Assembly: GCA_951406725.2 (NCBI GenBank)
Contig: OX597819.1
Coordinates: forward strand, 97,340,001 to 97,404,000
DNA length: 64,000 nucleotides
Origin: Octopus vulgaris
Lineage: Eukaryota
Reading direction: 5' to 3'
The stretch's first letter is position 1, and each line of letters opens with the position of its first letter. A program made the translations under genes and the position numbers. Below the pieces are notes generated by a model that was not told where the DNA came from, did not search any database, and was given only the letters and a program-made list of their open reading frames with translations. This document shows positions 36,395-48,680 of the stretch, piece after piece.

Positions 36395-36812
36395 CATCAT
36401 CAGCAGCATCATTTAGTGACCATTTTCCATGCTGGCATGGGTTAGACAGTTTGACTGGAACTGGTAAGCTGGAGAGCTGTACCAGGCTCCAGTCTGATTT
36501 GGCATAGTTTCTACAGCTGGATGCTCTTCCTAACGCCAGTCACTCCAAGAGTATAATGGGTGCCTTTTATGCATCACCAACATGGGTGCATTAGCATGTC
36601 ACCAGCAATGGCCAGGACTATGCTTGACAAGTCTTCTCAAGCACAGCAAATCACCAAAGGTCTTGACCACTTGTCATTACCTCCATGAAGCCCAACATTT
36701 GAAGATCATACTTCAGCACCTTGTCCCATATCTTCTTGGATCTACTTCTTCCGCAGGTTCCCTCCACAGTTGGAGATTGATACTTCTGTATGTCCTCGTC
36801 CATATGCATCGC
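36395..36812 (-). mobile_element. Decayed RTE-type LINE 3' end
   Basis: HMDEDIQKYQSPTVEGTCGRSRSKKIWDKVLKYDL, homologous to ORF 29432-29704, plus the 3' UTR. Confidence 0.85.
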
Positions 36813-37584
36813 ATGGGAGGGAGGGATGGATGGATGGAAATGAGTAAGAATGACCTTTCTGATAATTATTTCCCCTTTAATAATTAGATGTTTACAATTT
36901 GTAAACATCTAATTACCAAACTGGAAAAAAATTATCAGTAATGTCATTCTTATTAATTTCTTTTTTCAAATATATAATACTGTACCAAGGACTTTCTATT
37001 TATAATTCTACTATATACAATCATATGTACATTTATATATGTATGTATGAAAGTATATATATATACATTGTTAGTGAACAGGTCGCAGTCTCAAAGCGAC
37101 GAAAATATTTTGACAAATTAAATTTAAATGTTGAAGTGAATCTAACGGTTTTGTGTGTTTCTTAAATGGCTTATAACTTGCAGAGTTATTATATATACAA
37201 AGCAAGAAATTCTTAATTTTTTGGTATCATTTATTCACCATTTCATGTGTTTCATTTGCTAATTGGAATTATATGTTAAATAGACATGTAAGGAATTTCC
37301 TATTAGAAATTCTTCAGACAGAGAAATTAAACAGTATAAAATCTTATGGTTGGACAATGCATTTATATTTAGATAGTGAAGGAAGAAAAGAGAGAGAGAC
37401 GCACATGTATACATACATACATACATGTGTGTGTGTGAAGGGTGTTTAAAGTGGTGCACAAATTTTATGCATTAAGTGAAAGGGGATAGAATTGTTGAAT
37501 AATTATTTTATTATTTTCTAATTATTTACAAGTAAATAATTATCCAAAATATTCTAGCTACCTCTTTTTCTTTGTATATATATA

Positions 37585-37623
<39 letters not shown>

Positions 37624-37625
<2 letters not shown>

Positions 37626-37840
37626 TTCCAAAATGTAACCACATGCAGACTGTTGGCAATTTTTTCCTCCGTCTTCCTTTTCTCCTGGACTTTATTTTGT
37701 CGCCTGTTTCTGAAGAAGAGCCTTGCTCAAAATGTAAAACACCCTTTTTTTCCTTTTCTGAGTGTCTTATTAATACTTTGCATGTACCACATCCTCACGT
37801 TGTTGGAGGTTTTTTTTTGTCTTTTTTCTCCATTTTTTTA

Positions 37841-37848
<8 letters not shown>
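37624..37848 (+). mobile_element. Probable Penelope-like element pseudo-LTR fragment within (TA)n, carrying a decayed minimal hammerhead ribozyme (37705-37741)
   Basis: TGTTT-CTGAAGA-A-GAGC-ctt-GCTC-aAAA-tG-TA-AAACA; TA microsatellite on both sides. Confidence 0.6.
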
Positions 37849-37871
<23 letters not shown>

Positions 37872-38440
37872 GCACACACACACACACATTTTTACATGGT
37901 TATATAGAAATATATCATTTTCTGATAATCATTGTTTGAGCTGTTTGTAAAGACAGAAAAAAAAGTTTCAGATCTCTTTTGTAATATTTTTTCTTCAGTT
38001 GTTATCTTCATGAGCATCTGTTGTTTTTCTCTCGACCCTTTAGCTGAGATTAAGGTTAGGAGCCACAAATTCAAGCAGAATAGATCGAGATCTATTTTGT
38101 TGACAATACTTAGATATTTGCAATAGACTTAATCAAAAGGGAAAGATCTGTATATAATTTAGTTGCATTTGATTGAAAAAATTTACAGAAGCATTATTTA
38201 ATACTGGTGGTAAAAATGCAAAAGCAAAGCATATTCTTATAATCACAGCATGCTTCATTTAACACCTAACCAATAAAACATTTATTCTTTTGTAGTCATA
38301 AGTTTAAAGTGAGTTTGTAAGTGAAGCCACTGATTTAAACTTCTACTCACAGGAGCTTCAGTTGACAACCATCTAATTGCACAAAAACTTAAAATCTTCA
38401 ATAGGTCTTTATCATTAATTGCAAGGTACAATTGTTTATG

Positions 38441-38690
38441 TGGAGGCACGTGGCTTAGTGGTTAGGGTGTCAGCATGATGATCGTAAGATTGTGGTTTCA
38501 ATTCCTGGACTGGGCAATGCGTTGTGTTCTTGAGCAAAACACTTCATTTCATGTTGCTCCAGTCCTCTCAGCTGGCGAAAATGAGTAACGCTGCAATGGA
38601 CTGGCATCCTGTCCAGCTGGGGAACACATACACCATAGAAACTGGGAAACAGGTCCCATGAGCCTGGCTAGGCTTTAAAAGGGCGCATTT
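38441..38690 (+). mobile_element. tRNA-derived SINE family B
   Basis: A box TGGCTTAGTGG, B-box-like GTTTCAATTCC, then tgttcttgagcaaaacacttc. Confidence 0.8.
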
Positions 38691-38799
38691 ATTTTTATTT
38701 TACAATTGTTTAGAAGATGTTTCATTGAAAAATGAGAAATAAAATTTTCTCTATTTTTAGGGAGAAATTTGGGAGACACTGTCAATTGTGAAGAGAAAT

Positions 38800-39160
38800 T
38801 ACTGTTGTGGCTGATGCCAATGTCATGTAACTGGCATGCAAAAAGCACCCTTCGGACTTTGGGTTTCACAGAGGCAGTGACAAGACCTTTGGCAATGTAC
38901 CATGCTTGAGAAGACCTGTCAAGCCAAGTGAGATCATAGTTATGACTGATACTGGTGTTTTGCAACTGGCACCTATATTAATGGCATGTAAAAAGCACCC
39001 ACTACACTCTTGGAATAGTTGGCATTAGGAAGGGCATCCAGCTGTAAAAACCATGTCAAATCAGACTGGAACCTGGTGCAGCTTACCAGTTTTCACTCAA
39101 ACTAACCAACCTATGCCAGCATGGAAAACACATTAAATGATGATGATGATGATGATGATG
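38800..39160 (+). mobile_element. RTE-type LINE 3' end with (GAT)n tail
   Basis: Homologous to the 3' UTR at 29.9-30.3 kb; smaller pieces at ~41220-41305 and 50520-50700. Confidence 0.8.
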
Positions 39161-40369
39161 TCTCTCATCATGATCAGGATGAGAGACATCTAAATAAAAA
39201 TAACAATGGAACTGCTTTTAATAATTGATAGAAGCCATTTGTTAACCCTTACCAGGACACTGGCAGTGTTAATTTTAATAGCAAATAAACTTTTAATGTT
39301 TAGTTTCCTTTTTCTACTTTTTTATTCAAAACATCCAGAATTTAACTTGCATCACATCAACATTTTCATCTTCATCATCATTATCATCTTTACATCTGTT
39401 TTTCCAAACTTATATGGGTTGGTTCAGACTTTCTGTGGTGGTGTTCTAGATATTGTCTATTTACAATACACAAGAAAGTGGCATACCTATTCTAAAAACC
39501 AGGAAATGTAGAGGATTCAAATCAAGATCTGTATATGCAATGTTTTTGAATATTGTAACCATTCTCAGAATGTAAAAATAAAAAGATCATTGGATTCATT
39601 TAACAGAAAACTAAATTCCCCAGTTCTTACATCAAATTTTCAAAGTGTGTTGCAAGGACAGTCTTTACAATATTGCACATTTGGTATTATGCAATATCAC
39701 ATTGGATGCAGTTTTACCTTAAAGATATTTTATTTTTGCACACTTCTATTAAATGATCACAGGTGTTAAATGATGGATGGTAGCAAATATACACAGATAA
39801 GTAAGCTCCAAAAATAAAATTTTCATCATATTTTCTTTAAACTGCTGCCTTTTGCTTTTATGTTTGGCAATATGTTACCAGCAGAATATTTTGCTATGAT
39901 GTTGCATCTACAAAATTTGCACTGTTTTAGAGTACTGCATACTGATACATTGATATTTTTCCATAGTTTCTTTATTCATTATCAAGAAGGGCAAAGCAGA
40001 ATGAAATAAACTTTAAATAGATACTGTTGAAAAAAAATTTAGAAGCCTACAACTGCATTTACAAAACAGTTCACTGAAAAATTATGTCATGTAATGAGAG
40101 TAGCCAACAACTGGTAAGCATCAATGTGGTTGAAGCTTAAATCTTATTCTCACTACTCACTCTTATTTGCCAGATGCCAATAGTTCTAATACTTTCTGCC
40201 ATGAGTTATCAAATGTCACTATTAATTAAATTTGGAAGGAATTTTATTTCAAAACCTTCACACAGCACACACACAGATACATCATTTTGTGCAATTTATT
40301 CTTTTGACTTTCCTAATACATTATTACACAAATACATACTGATCGGTTGTAACACATGGAAAGAGAAGG

Positions 40370-41192
40370 TGCTAATCATGGTCAAGAGATGATGCCAAAC
40401 AGTGTATGGGAGTGACAATGGCAAGGAGATACTAGCAAACATCTGAGATGACAGCTGCATGACTCCAGGATAAGAGAATCAGGAAATAAAGAAATGGGTG
40501 ATTGAAGAGAATAGGAATGTATGTGTCCAGGATGTGAAACAAAGAACAAATAGCAGAAAATTAGATCCTCCAAGGCCTTGTGATGGAACACAGATGATCA
40601 TAGAACAATTGCACAAGAATCTAATCATAACAAAGATCAATGTTGGTGCATTCAAAAAGACATTGTCATGATTCCTAGAATTAAGCTCAATACATCAGAA
40701 GGTGAAGGTGTACCTTTTCAGCAGACCAAGTTCCCAATACAGTCATATTTTGCCATGACTATTCACAAAGCAAAAAAAAACAAGCCATGCAGAATGTCTT
40801 AATTCATCTCAAGAAATCAGTATTCTGGCATGGCCAGCTGCATGTGGCTTTAAGACAGGGAATAAGGAATGAAAATTAAAGAATTTTTCAAGAAAGGCCG
40901 GTCTACCAGAAATGCAATAAAAAATTATCTCCTTTAAACAACTAAGAACTTTTGTCTTTCTTCTTTAATACAGAAAGCATTATCAATATCCATTCAGACA
41001 ATGCATTCATATTTATAATTTTCTTCATGCATTTAACAGATTACTATTATTTGGATAGTTGCAATTAAAGAAATCCAGAAGTTACATTAAATATGTATAT
41101 ATATATATGCATAAGTACTATGATTCCCATCCAACAAACTGGCAAACAATTAAGTGCACTATTTATTAGGCAACACCGGGTATAAAATCTAG
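40370..41192 (+). mobile_element. Helitron fragment: PIF1-type helicase C-terminal remnant and canonical 3' end
   Basis: ~40662-40860 reads IVMIPRIKL…VPFQQTKFPIQSYFAMTIHKA / VFWHGQLHVAL (cf. FPxxxxFAMTINKSQG, FSHGQLYVA). Ends ggcaacaccgggtataaaatCTAG|T at 41192. The 5' boundary is uncertain. Confidence 0.75.
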
Positions 41193-41884
41193 TGTGTGTG
41201 TGGGTATGTGTGTATACATGTATTGGTGCAGCCCCTCTCTTACCAGCCTTGTTAAACTGCCCAACCTATGATAGCATGGACAACGGAAGTTAAATGATGA
41301 TGATGACATAGATACACACACTCACATAACATATATACATACATGCATATATATATATGTATTTGTGTGTGTGTGTCAATTAGCATTTTTTCCTTTTTTA
41401 AAATGTTCCTTTATATGCAAATTTCCAAAAAAAACTGCTAGATCTAGCCACAAAAAGTTTAGTTAATTTCACTGATTTGTATAACGTACAGGTCTATACA
41501 ATAATCATTGGTATATATGTATTCATTTGTTTTTACATCTGTTTCTTTTTCCCCATGTTAGCATGGGTTATGCAAATATATTTTGGGGGCATTGTTTTAT
41601 AGCTACATAACCTTTTTGCTGCTAACTCTTATTTGTCTTTCAAGTAAATGATTATATACATATTTGTGTGTGTGTGTGTAATTTTAAAGCTCTAAGAAGG
41701 AAGGCTGAGAAGACAACTATTAAATAAATTGATTGATTAATCAATCAATTAATAGCTCAACAGATTCAACTCACTGTGTAATTTGGAACATGTGCAAGTA
41801 AATAAAGAAGTATATAAATATAATTCTTCATTTTTACTTCTTTAATGTGTATATACTAGACTTGCTTACCTGGTGTTGCCAGTA

Positions 41885-42218
41885 GAGAGGAGAGGAGTAC
41901 TCCATTAGTTACAACAATATAGGTTCCAGCTGATACGATCAACGGAACAGCTTGCTCGTGAAATTAACGTGCAAGTGGCTGAGCACTCCACAGACACGTA
42001 TACCCTTAATGTAGTTCTCAGGGAGATTTAGCATGACACAGAGTGTGAGAAGGCTGGCCCTTTGAAATACAAGTACGACTTATTTTTGACAGCTGAGTGA
42101 ACTGGAGCAACATGAACTAAGGTGTCTTGCTCAAGGACACAATGCATCACCAGGAATCGAACTCACAACCTTATGATCATGAGCCGAATGCTCTAGCCAC
42201 TAAGCCACGTGCCTTCAC
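41885..42218 (-). mobile_element. Full-length tRNA-derived SINE family B with 6-bp TSD CCAGTA
   Basis: Minus strand begins gtgaaggcacgTGGCTTAGTGG…GAGTTCGATTCC; CCAGTA at 41879-41884 and 42219-42224. Confidence 0.88.
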
Positions 42219-42637
42219 CCAGTAAATAGCATACTAAATTGCTGGCCAGTTTGTTGAATGGGAATCATAGTACTTGTGCATATATAAATATTTAATCTAA
42301 CTTCCTCTGTTACTACTTTTCACATACATTTCCATCACACCTTATTTCCACTTACTTATGTCCGTCTTCAGTACATGACACAACTATCTCATCCTACTTC
42401 TTTTCAGAACGTCTACCACTAGTTGTATTCCCATCATCTGCAGTTTATCATCTCTCTCTCTCTCTCTCTCTCTCTTCTTCCCTCTCTCCCTCCCTCTCTC
42501 TTTCTCTGTCAGTGGTGGTAAGGGATTGGCAGGGTGATGATGATGATAATCATGATGTAATCTGTTCAACAGTGTATGTGGAGACTTAGGAGTTAGGTAA
42601 AACTGTTGAAAAGATATAACCACTAGAATAGAAGGAA

Positions 42638-43055
42638 GGCGGCGAGCTGGCAGAAACGTTAGCATGCCGGGCAAAATGCTTAGCGGTATTTCGTCTGCCG
42701 CTACGTTCTGAGTTCAAATTCCACCAAGGTCGACTTTGCCTTTCATCCTTTCAGGGTCGATTAAATAAGTACCAGTTACACACTGGGGTTGATATAATTG
42801 ACTTAATCCGTTTGTCGGTCCTTGTTTGTCCTCTCTGTGTTTAGCCCTTTGTGGGTAGTAAAGAAATAGGTATTTCATCTGCTGTTACATTCTGAGTTCA
42901 AATTCCGCCGAGGTTGATTTTGCCTTTCATCCTTTCGGGGTCGATAAATTAAGTACCAGTTACGCACTGGTGTCGATGTAATCAACTTAATCCCTTTGTC
43001 TGTCCTTGTTTGCCCCCTCTTTGTTTAGCCCCTTGTTGACATTAAAGAAATAAGA
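42638..43055 (+). mobile_element. SINE family C with tandemly duplicated body
   Basis: ggtatttc…ttctgagttcaaattcc…aagtaccagttac…agaaata occurs at ~42686-42868 and again at ~42869-43055. Confidence 0.85.
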
Positions 43056-44683
43056 ATAGAAGGAAGTGATGGTCTACATTGACTTGTCTCTTCAATAAAG
43101 AGCAAAGGGTTGAAAGGTTAGACATCTCTTCACAGCACACCTTAGAGTATCCATTTTTAAAGAATTTTTTAAAACTTAATAAAATCATTCCTGTTCTTCA
43201 GTAGCGTTGTCATAAGCAACCAACAACTTCTATTAGGAATACAACAGTATGCATTTTTCATAAGGACCTTAAGCAAATAAAATCATAACTGTTAGTTAAT
43301 TATGGTTTCCTTTTTGTTTATTCAACATTTTTGCAATTTTTAATTTTCAGTAGTTTTTAAGTAAAAGGAAAAAGTGTTGCTTCCATGATCCTTTTGCAGG
43401 GCCACCAAGACAAGTGAAAAGAAGGGAAAAAGTTCAACATACTTCATTAGATTTTGGCTTTTTCCTCGAATGAAAAGAAAAAATTTTTTACATCATTAAA
43501 ATAGAATTCATTTCTCAACTGAACTTTTTCAATAGAGAACATATCAAGATGGATCAATGCTGTTTAGTTTCAAGATGGGTTAATTTTTTACATATCACTT
43601 TCTTAATTATACTGGACAGCATGTTTGCTGTCCCAAACAACAGGCATGACAGACAAAATTAGGGAAAAGGGAGTGTCAAATTAGTTGATGTTGACAAAGC
43701 CATAGTAAAGTTGAATAAGATGGAGTTTTAGGATACGATAAAGTTTAATTGATTTGGAAGTACAGCAACATAGTATTTCTGTTTAGTCCCTGGCTAACCA
43801 CCATAGAACAAAATACGTTCATAAACATTCTAACTTTGACTATCCTAGGACTACATTTAAAGAATTCAAAGAAATGATATGCTATTTCTTAGGACGATAA
43901 GGCGTACTTTTTTTAATGATTTCACTGCTATTTTTAGCAGGTTGAGTGACCACATAGAGCAAGTATGAGCAACATTTTTTCAAGAACCTGGTTGCATGAG
44001 ACAACTTATCACTATGCAGGCTACACTACTAAAAAAATTCACAATAATTTTTCATTAAGCAGGCCATTCAGAAAGCCCTGTGGGCCACATGCAGCCACCA
44101 GGCTGTAGTTTGTTCCTGACTGACATTGAAGCTCCCTCTTTGGCTCAAGGTACAACGTTGTTGTTCAAGATATGACATCAATATCGTTTACATGGTAAAT
44201 TATTACAGTTACATCATGTGATATAGTATGTACATAGATTACATCACAAGATATTACAATATCCCCATGTGGTATAATAACAAGCTTATTGCATACAGTA
44301 CTCAGGTATACTACAACTAATCAAAAAAAAAAGAGTAAGAGCATGAAGTCAAGTAAAGAAAGACAGTAATGGTTACTAAAAATACACATATAGTATACAG
44401 TAACAAAAGCCATAAAGTGGAAATAGCTCATATACACATCATAATTTCAAAAAGTATGGACATTTTTAAGAATGCAGTGCCTTGACACCAAACAACTGAC
44501 AGTAGTTTATTCCAGACTTCAACAATTCTTTGTGTGAAAAATATTTGCAAAAGTCATGGGCACTGCACTGTTATTTGATATCATAAGTGTGTTCATAGGT
44601 GGAAAAGATATTTAATTAGAAAAGGTGACCAAAGTTGTCTTGTGGGCTTCAACAAAGTCAGCTGTTAGATGTCAAAGGTTTAA

Positions 44684-44903
44684 CCCTTTCGTTATTGTAT
44701 TTATTTTGAGACGCTCTGTGTTTCTTTCAATTACTTTAAATATAACAGAGAATTTAGTAAAATAACTTAGTTATCATTAAGCTAGTGTTAGGAACATAAA
44801 TTGTGACTAAGATTTGGTGGAAGATTTTAATTCAAAACTTATGAAAACAAGACATTTGTACTCAGAACCAGAGCCGGTTTCAGCTGGGTTGGTAACGAGA
44901 GGG
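44684..44903. mobile_element. piggyBac-type MITE, 220 bp
   Basis: TTAA on both sides (44680-44683, 44904-44907); TIRs CCCTTTCGTTA / TAACGAGAGGG. Confidence 0.88.
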
Positions 44904-45082
44904 TTAATATATTGATGTCCAGAGAAGCACAACATTCAAGATATGGTAAGTGACTGACAAAGGGTATTTGTTTTGCTGCATGTCCCTAAACAGTCCCCAG
45001 TAGATCAATATTCTGAACAAGATATGGGTTCCAGACTGGAGGTGCACACTGTAAGTGTGGAGTGCCTCAACCATATACAACT

Positions 45083-45310
45083 TTAACCCTTTCGCATTCA
45101 GATTACTCAGTCAAATGTAATTCTTTTTCCATCACATTATTTTGAATTAATCATGCATTATCTCATAGCTAAGAGATTTCAATGATATGATTTTTTTATT
45201 TTTAGAATGACGTTGTAGGGTAGATGTGAGAAGCCAGATCTGACATTTTTGAACAAAAAACAAGGTAGAATATTTAGGTCAGATAAGGCCAGTTTAAATG
45301 ATGAGATGCT
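45083..45310 (+). mobile_element. Second piggyBac-type MITE family copy
   Basis: Starts ttaaCCCTTTCGCATTcagattact; homologous to 2415-2617; right TIR decayed. Confidence 0.7.
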
Positions 45311-46349
45311 CAGCATTTTTGATTATTTTAGGAATGTGGTCTAACCAGCACTGATCATTGTTGATTAATGTCTAACTCAAGTTCTCCAGCAGACTTCTAA
45401 AAGTTGAAGTTATGGAAGGAGCTGGTAAATTCTGGGTTTTACATCCCAAAATGTTTAGTGGTACACTTGTCAACTGTCATCTTGAGTTGCCAATCAACAA
45501 ACCATTACTGAATTGTATCCAGGTCAGATTTATAGCTTTTAAATCTAACATTTTGATATTTGTAAGTTAAACATCAAAACTCTATGTACATTTTTTAATA
45601 ATAAAAAAATATCTTTTATTATTAAAATGGCGCAGTTTCTAAATTGCTTTCCTTTCAAACTGAAATACATTTTTAGATGTTTTGTTAGAAAATAACCTAT
45701 ATATAACTGAATGATTAAAAAAGTTTACTGGGTGAAGCTATATGAACTTCACTATAATAAATATCTTTTTATTGTACCATTGTTTCTTCTTGCTGTGCTT
45801 GAAGTGAAAGGATATTGGCCTTAATTGAGTGTGACCTTCACAAATACAAGTTGTGGATGAAGTTAGTAATATAGGTGAGTTTAACAATGGAACTTGAAGA
45901 TTATTATTGGTCATAGTTGATAGGTGCCAAACTGAGGTAGTGTTTAGATCTGAGGTGAAAGAGAATATGGAATTTGATGTATTCAAGATTAATGTATAGC
46001 AAAGGAAGAACAGTAGAGTAATAGTTGTTAATAATGGTCAGGGCTATGTTAAGTAGACTGAAGTATAAACTGAAATGAAGTATAATGGAATGTATTCTTG
46101 CTCATATGCAAGTCATGAATTGAAGATAAATGTATCCCTAAAATCAATTTGAAAGGGATAAATATGAAGCCATTAAGCACGCAAGATTTTTAAAAAGATT
46201 TTTATTAATTAATGAAAGAAATAGTTGTATGATATATGATAGAAGTGTGTGTCTCTAATATTTGATGGAAGATATGTATGTCTGGTGTCTGATAGAAAAA
46301 GTGCATGTTTGATATTAGGTATCAATCAATCAAATCTATGGCTTACAAA

Positions 46350-47640
46350 AATCATAGGTGTACAGCAAGGATGCACTCTTGTCCCTCCATCATTTTCATT
46401 CATCAGTCAACCTCATGTTTTCCACCATCTTCTTCCCAGTCCGTTCCTTGATGTTAATCAATCAACTCACTTAGTGATCTTTCTTTACTTCTTTTACTGA
46501 AGGTTTATCCAAACATAGCCATATTCCCCAGAGGTAACATATTAGGGTGGCATGTCACATGGCCAAACCACTTCTTTGCCCAGCTTTTAATAATTTTCAG
46601 AAGAGTGTCATGCTTTGCAGTTATCCCAACAATTTCTTTCTTAACACTCATTTAATGTTCTGTATATGGGATGCAGAAGATAATTCTATGGTATTTAATT
46701 TCAAAAGTCTTGATTTTTTTTTCCTTTTCACTTTCAGCATCTAATATCCATGATTTGTACCCATAGAAATCATTTGAATGAATTGATGATGTTATTGTAC
46801 TCTTTTCCTTTTTCTCAGATAGTTCCTGATTTTGCTAACGCCACTCTACCATTAAAAATTTTTTAAACTCATATCTTCTGTTGTTGTTCTTTCCAAACAT
46901 AAACTCTTCAGCTTCTTTCAACAATTATTTCCAATCTATATCTTCTGGCAGTTGTATCAAGACATTTAGTTAAGATCTCTAAAATCTTCCTCGTGTTTTC
47001 TTTTTTAAATCAATGTCACAGACCAAATGAACATGGCTAACTGTTGTTTCTTCTACTTTAATATATCCTTTATAAAATGTTTAAGGCCAGCCATCTATTC
47101 CAGAAACTTTTTGAAAAGGTTTTATGAAAGCACACAATCTAGTCTGACATCAAAGTGCATTAGAGGGATTCTTTCTGTTCAGGGGTGGTAGCCTTTATTA
47201 TCCACTTGTTTCAATACATCATCATTAACTGGTCTTTGATTGTCTTTAATCGAATCCATTCTGTCACAGGTATTTAATTTAAACCTCTCACCTTTGGATA
47301 ACATCTTCCTAACACCCCACAGTCTCAGAGATCATACATGGTCACAATTAGTTATTTGCTGAATTTCAACCAAAACAAGACTTATGCATATTCATATAAT
47401 GATTTTATAAAACAGCCTTCAAATCAAGCTAACCAGCAGGAGACTGAGTGGATGACCATGAGTGAGATGGTAGAATAATGTCCATAATTTCAGTTGGTCA
47501 TGCTTGGGAGTCCAACAGAAAAGTTAAATGATTATTGTTTCTGATAGGACCTTTTGGAGAAGGTACTTGTGGACCCCACCACCATGACCATCCCAAGAAA
47601 AGTGGGTACCAAATAGATGGATGAACTTTATATCATTTTT
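46350..47640. mobile_element. Patchwork of old LINE RT fragments
   Basis: GVQQGCTLVP (+, ~46357; RT QG motif) and KWFGHVT (-, ~46570). Confidence 0.45.
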
Positions 47641-47984
47641 GGTTGGCCCATGTTACTTTTCTCATAATAAGCCACAGCATTCAAAATTATTCACAGTCAG
47701 ATGCATTTTTTTAATAAATCAAAGAAATTGAAGTGAAGATTTAACTAATGTTCCAAGTATTTTTCTAATGCAGCATTGACATTACAAATCTCTGCTCAAC
47801 AATGTTTCTCATGTATATATGTTTTTTTTATTGTTGCTTTCATTCAAGTGTGTAAAACACAACAAAACTGTGTCTAGATAGTTAATTAAACGAATTATAT
47901 TATTGTTTTCCCATTTTTTGGTTTCCTATTTTTGATTATTAATAGTATAACAATTGATTCTGCTCATTTACCTATAACTCTGTT

Positions 47985-48315
47985 GTGAAGGCACATGGCT
48001 TAGTGGTTAGGGTATTTGGCTCCTGATCATGCGATTGTAAGTTCAATTCCCAGTAGCATGTAGTGTCCTTGAGCTAGACATTTTATTTCTTATTGCTCCA
48101 GTCCACTCAGCTGGAAAAAATGAGTAGTGCCTGTATTTCAAAGAGCCAACCATGCCACATTCTGGTCATGCTGAATCTTCTTAAGAACTATGTTAAGAAT
48201 ATGCATGTCTGTGGAGTGCTCAGCCAATTACAGACTAATTTTATAAGCAGGCTGTTCCATTGAAACCCAAATCAACTGAAACCCTTGCTGTTGTAACCAG
48301 TGGAGTGCCAGTTAT
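47985..48315 (+). mobile_element. tRNA-derived SINE family B
   Basis: Reverse complement of 41885-42218; another decayed copy at ~51180-51480 (-). Confidence 0.82.
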
Positions 48316-48680
48316 AACACTTTCAAATGTTAGAGAATCTCAGTGATATTCATATCCCTGTATTTGTTCCAGATGGTTTATCACATTTTAGCTCATTAAT
48401 TGCTTGTGTAAATACCAAAATCATTTCTGAATCTTATATGATGTCTTCAGTGGAGGAAGGGAATATTTGACATTTTAAAAATATTCCACAAAAGCTATTT
48501 AAAGTTTTCCGAAGAATATTGATGTTTTAGTTTCATACTTTTTGTGAGTTGGTGAATTATTTACAAATTTGGATACATATTTAAGGGAACTATTATTGTC
48601 TAGTAAATGTTGATACATTGAAACAAACAGATAATGGGAATTTTTTTGATTATACCTTTTTAATTTATAGCTAGTTTATA

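Larger units (their letters stand above)
44400..45560 (-). mobile_element. Decayed CR1/L2-like LINE fragment hosting two MITE insertions
   Basis: Minus-strand remnants PPVWNPY, ADFVEAHK and WNKLLSVV; shares sequence with 16030-16385. Confidence 0.55.

Noticed and set aside
38441-38520. tRNA-like sequence with A/B boxes (also at 42140-42218 and 47985-48060)
   Set aside because: Heads of SINEs continuing into shared bodies; no intact cloverleaf.
41727-41750. 24-bp perfect palindrome aattgattgattaatcaatcaatt
   Set aside because: Two opposed (ATTG)n micro-repeats in AT-rich DNA; low information.
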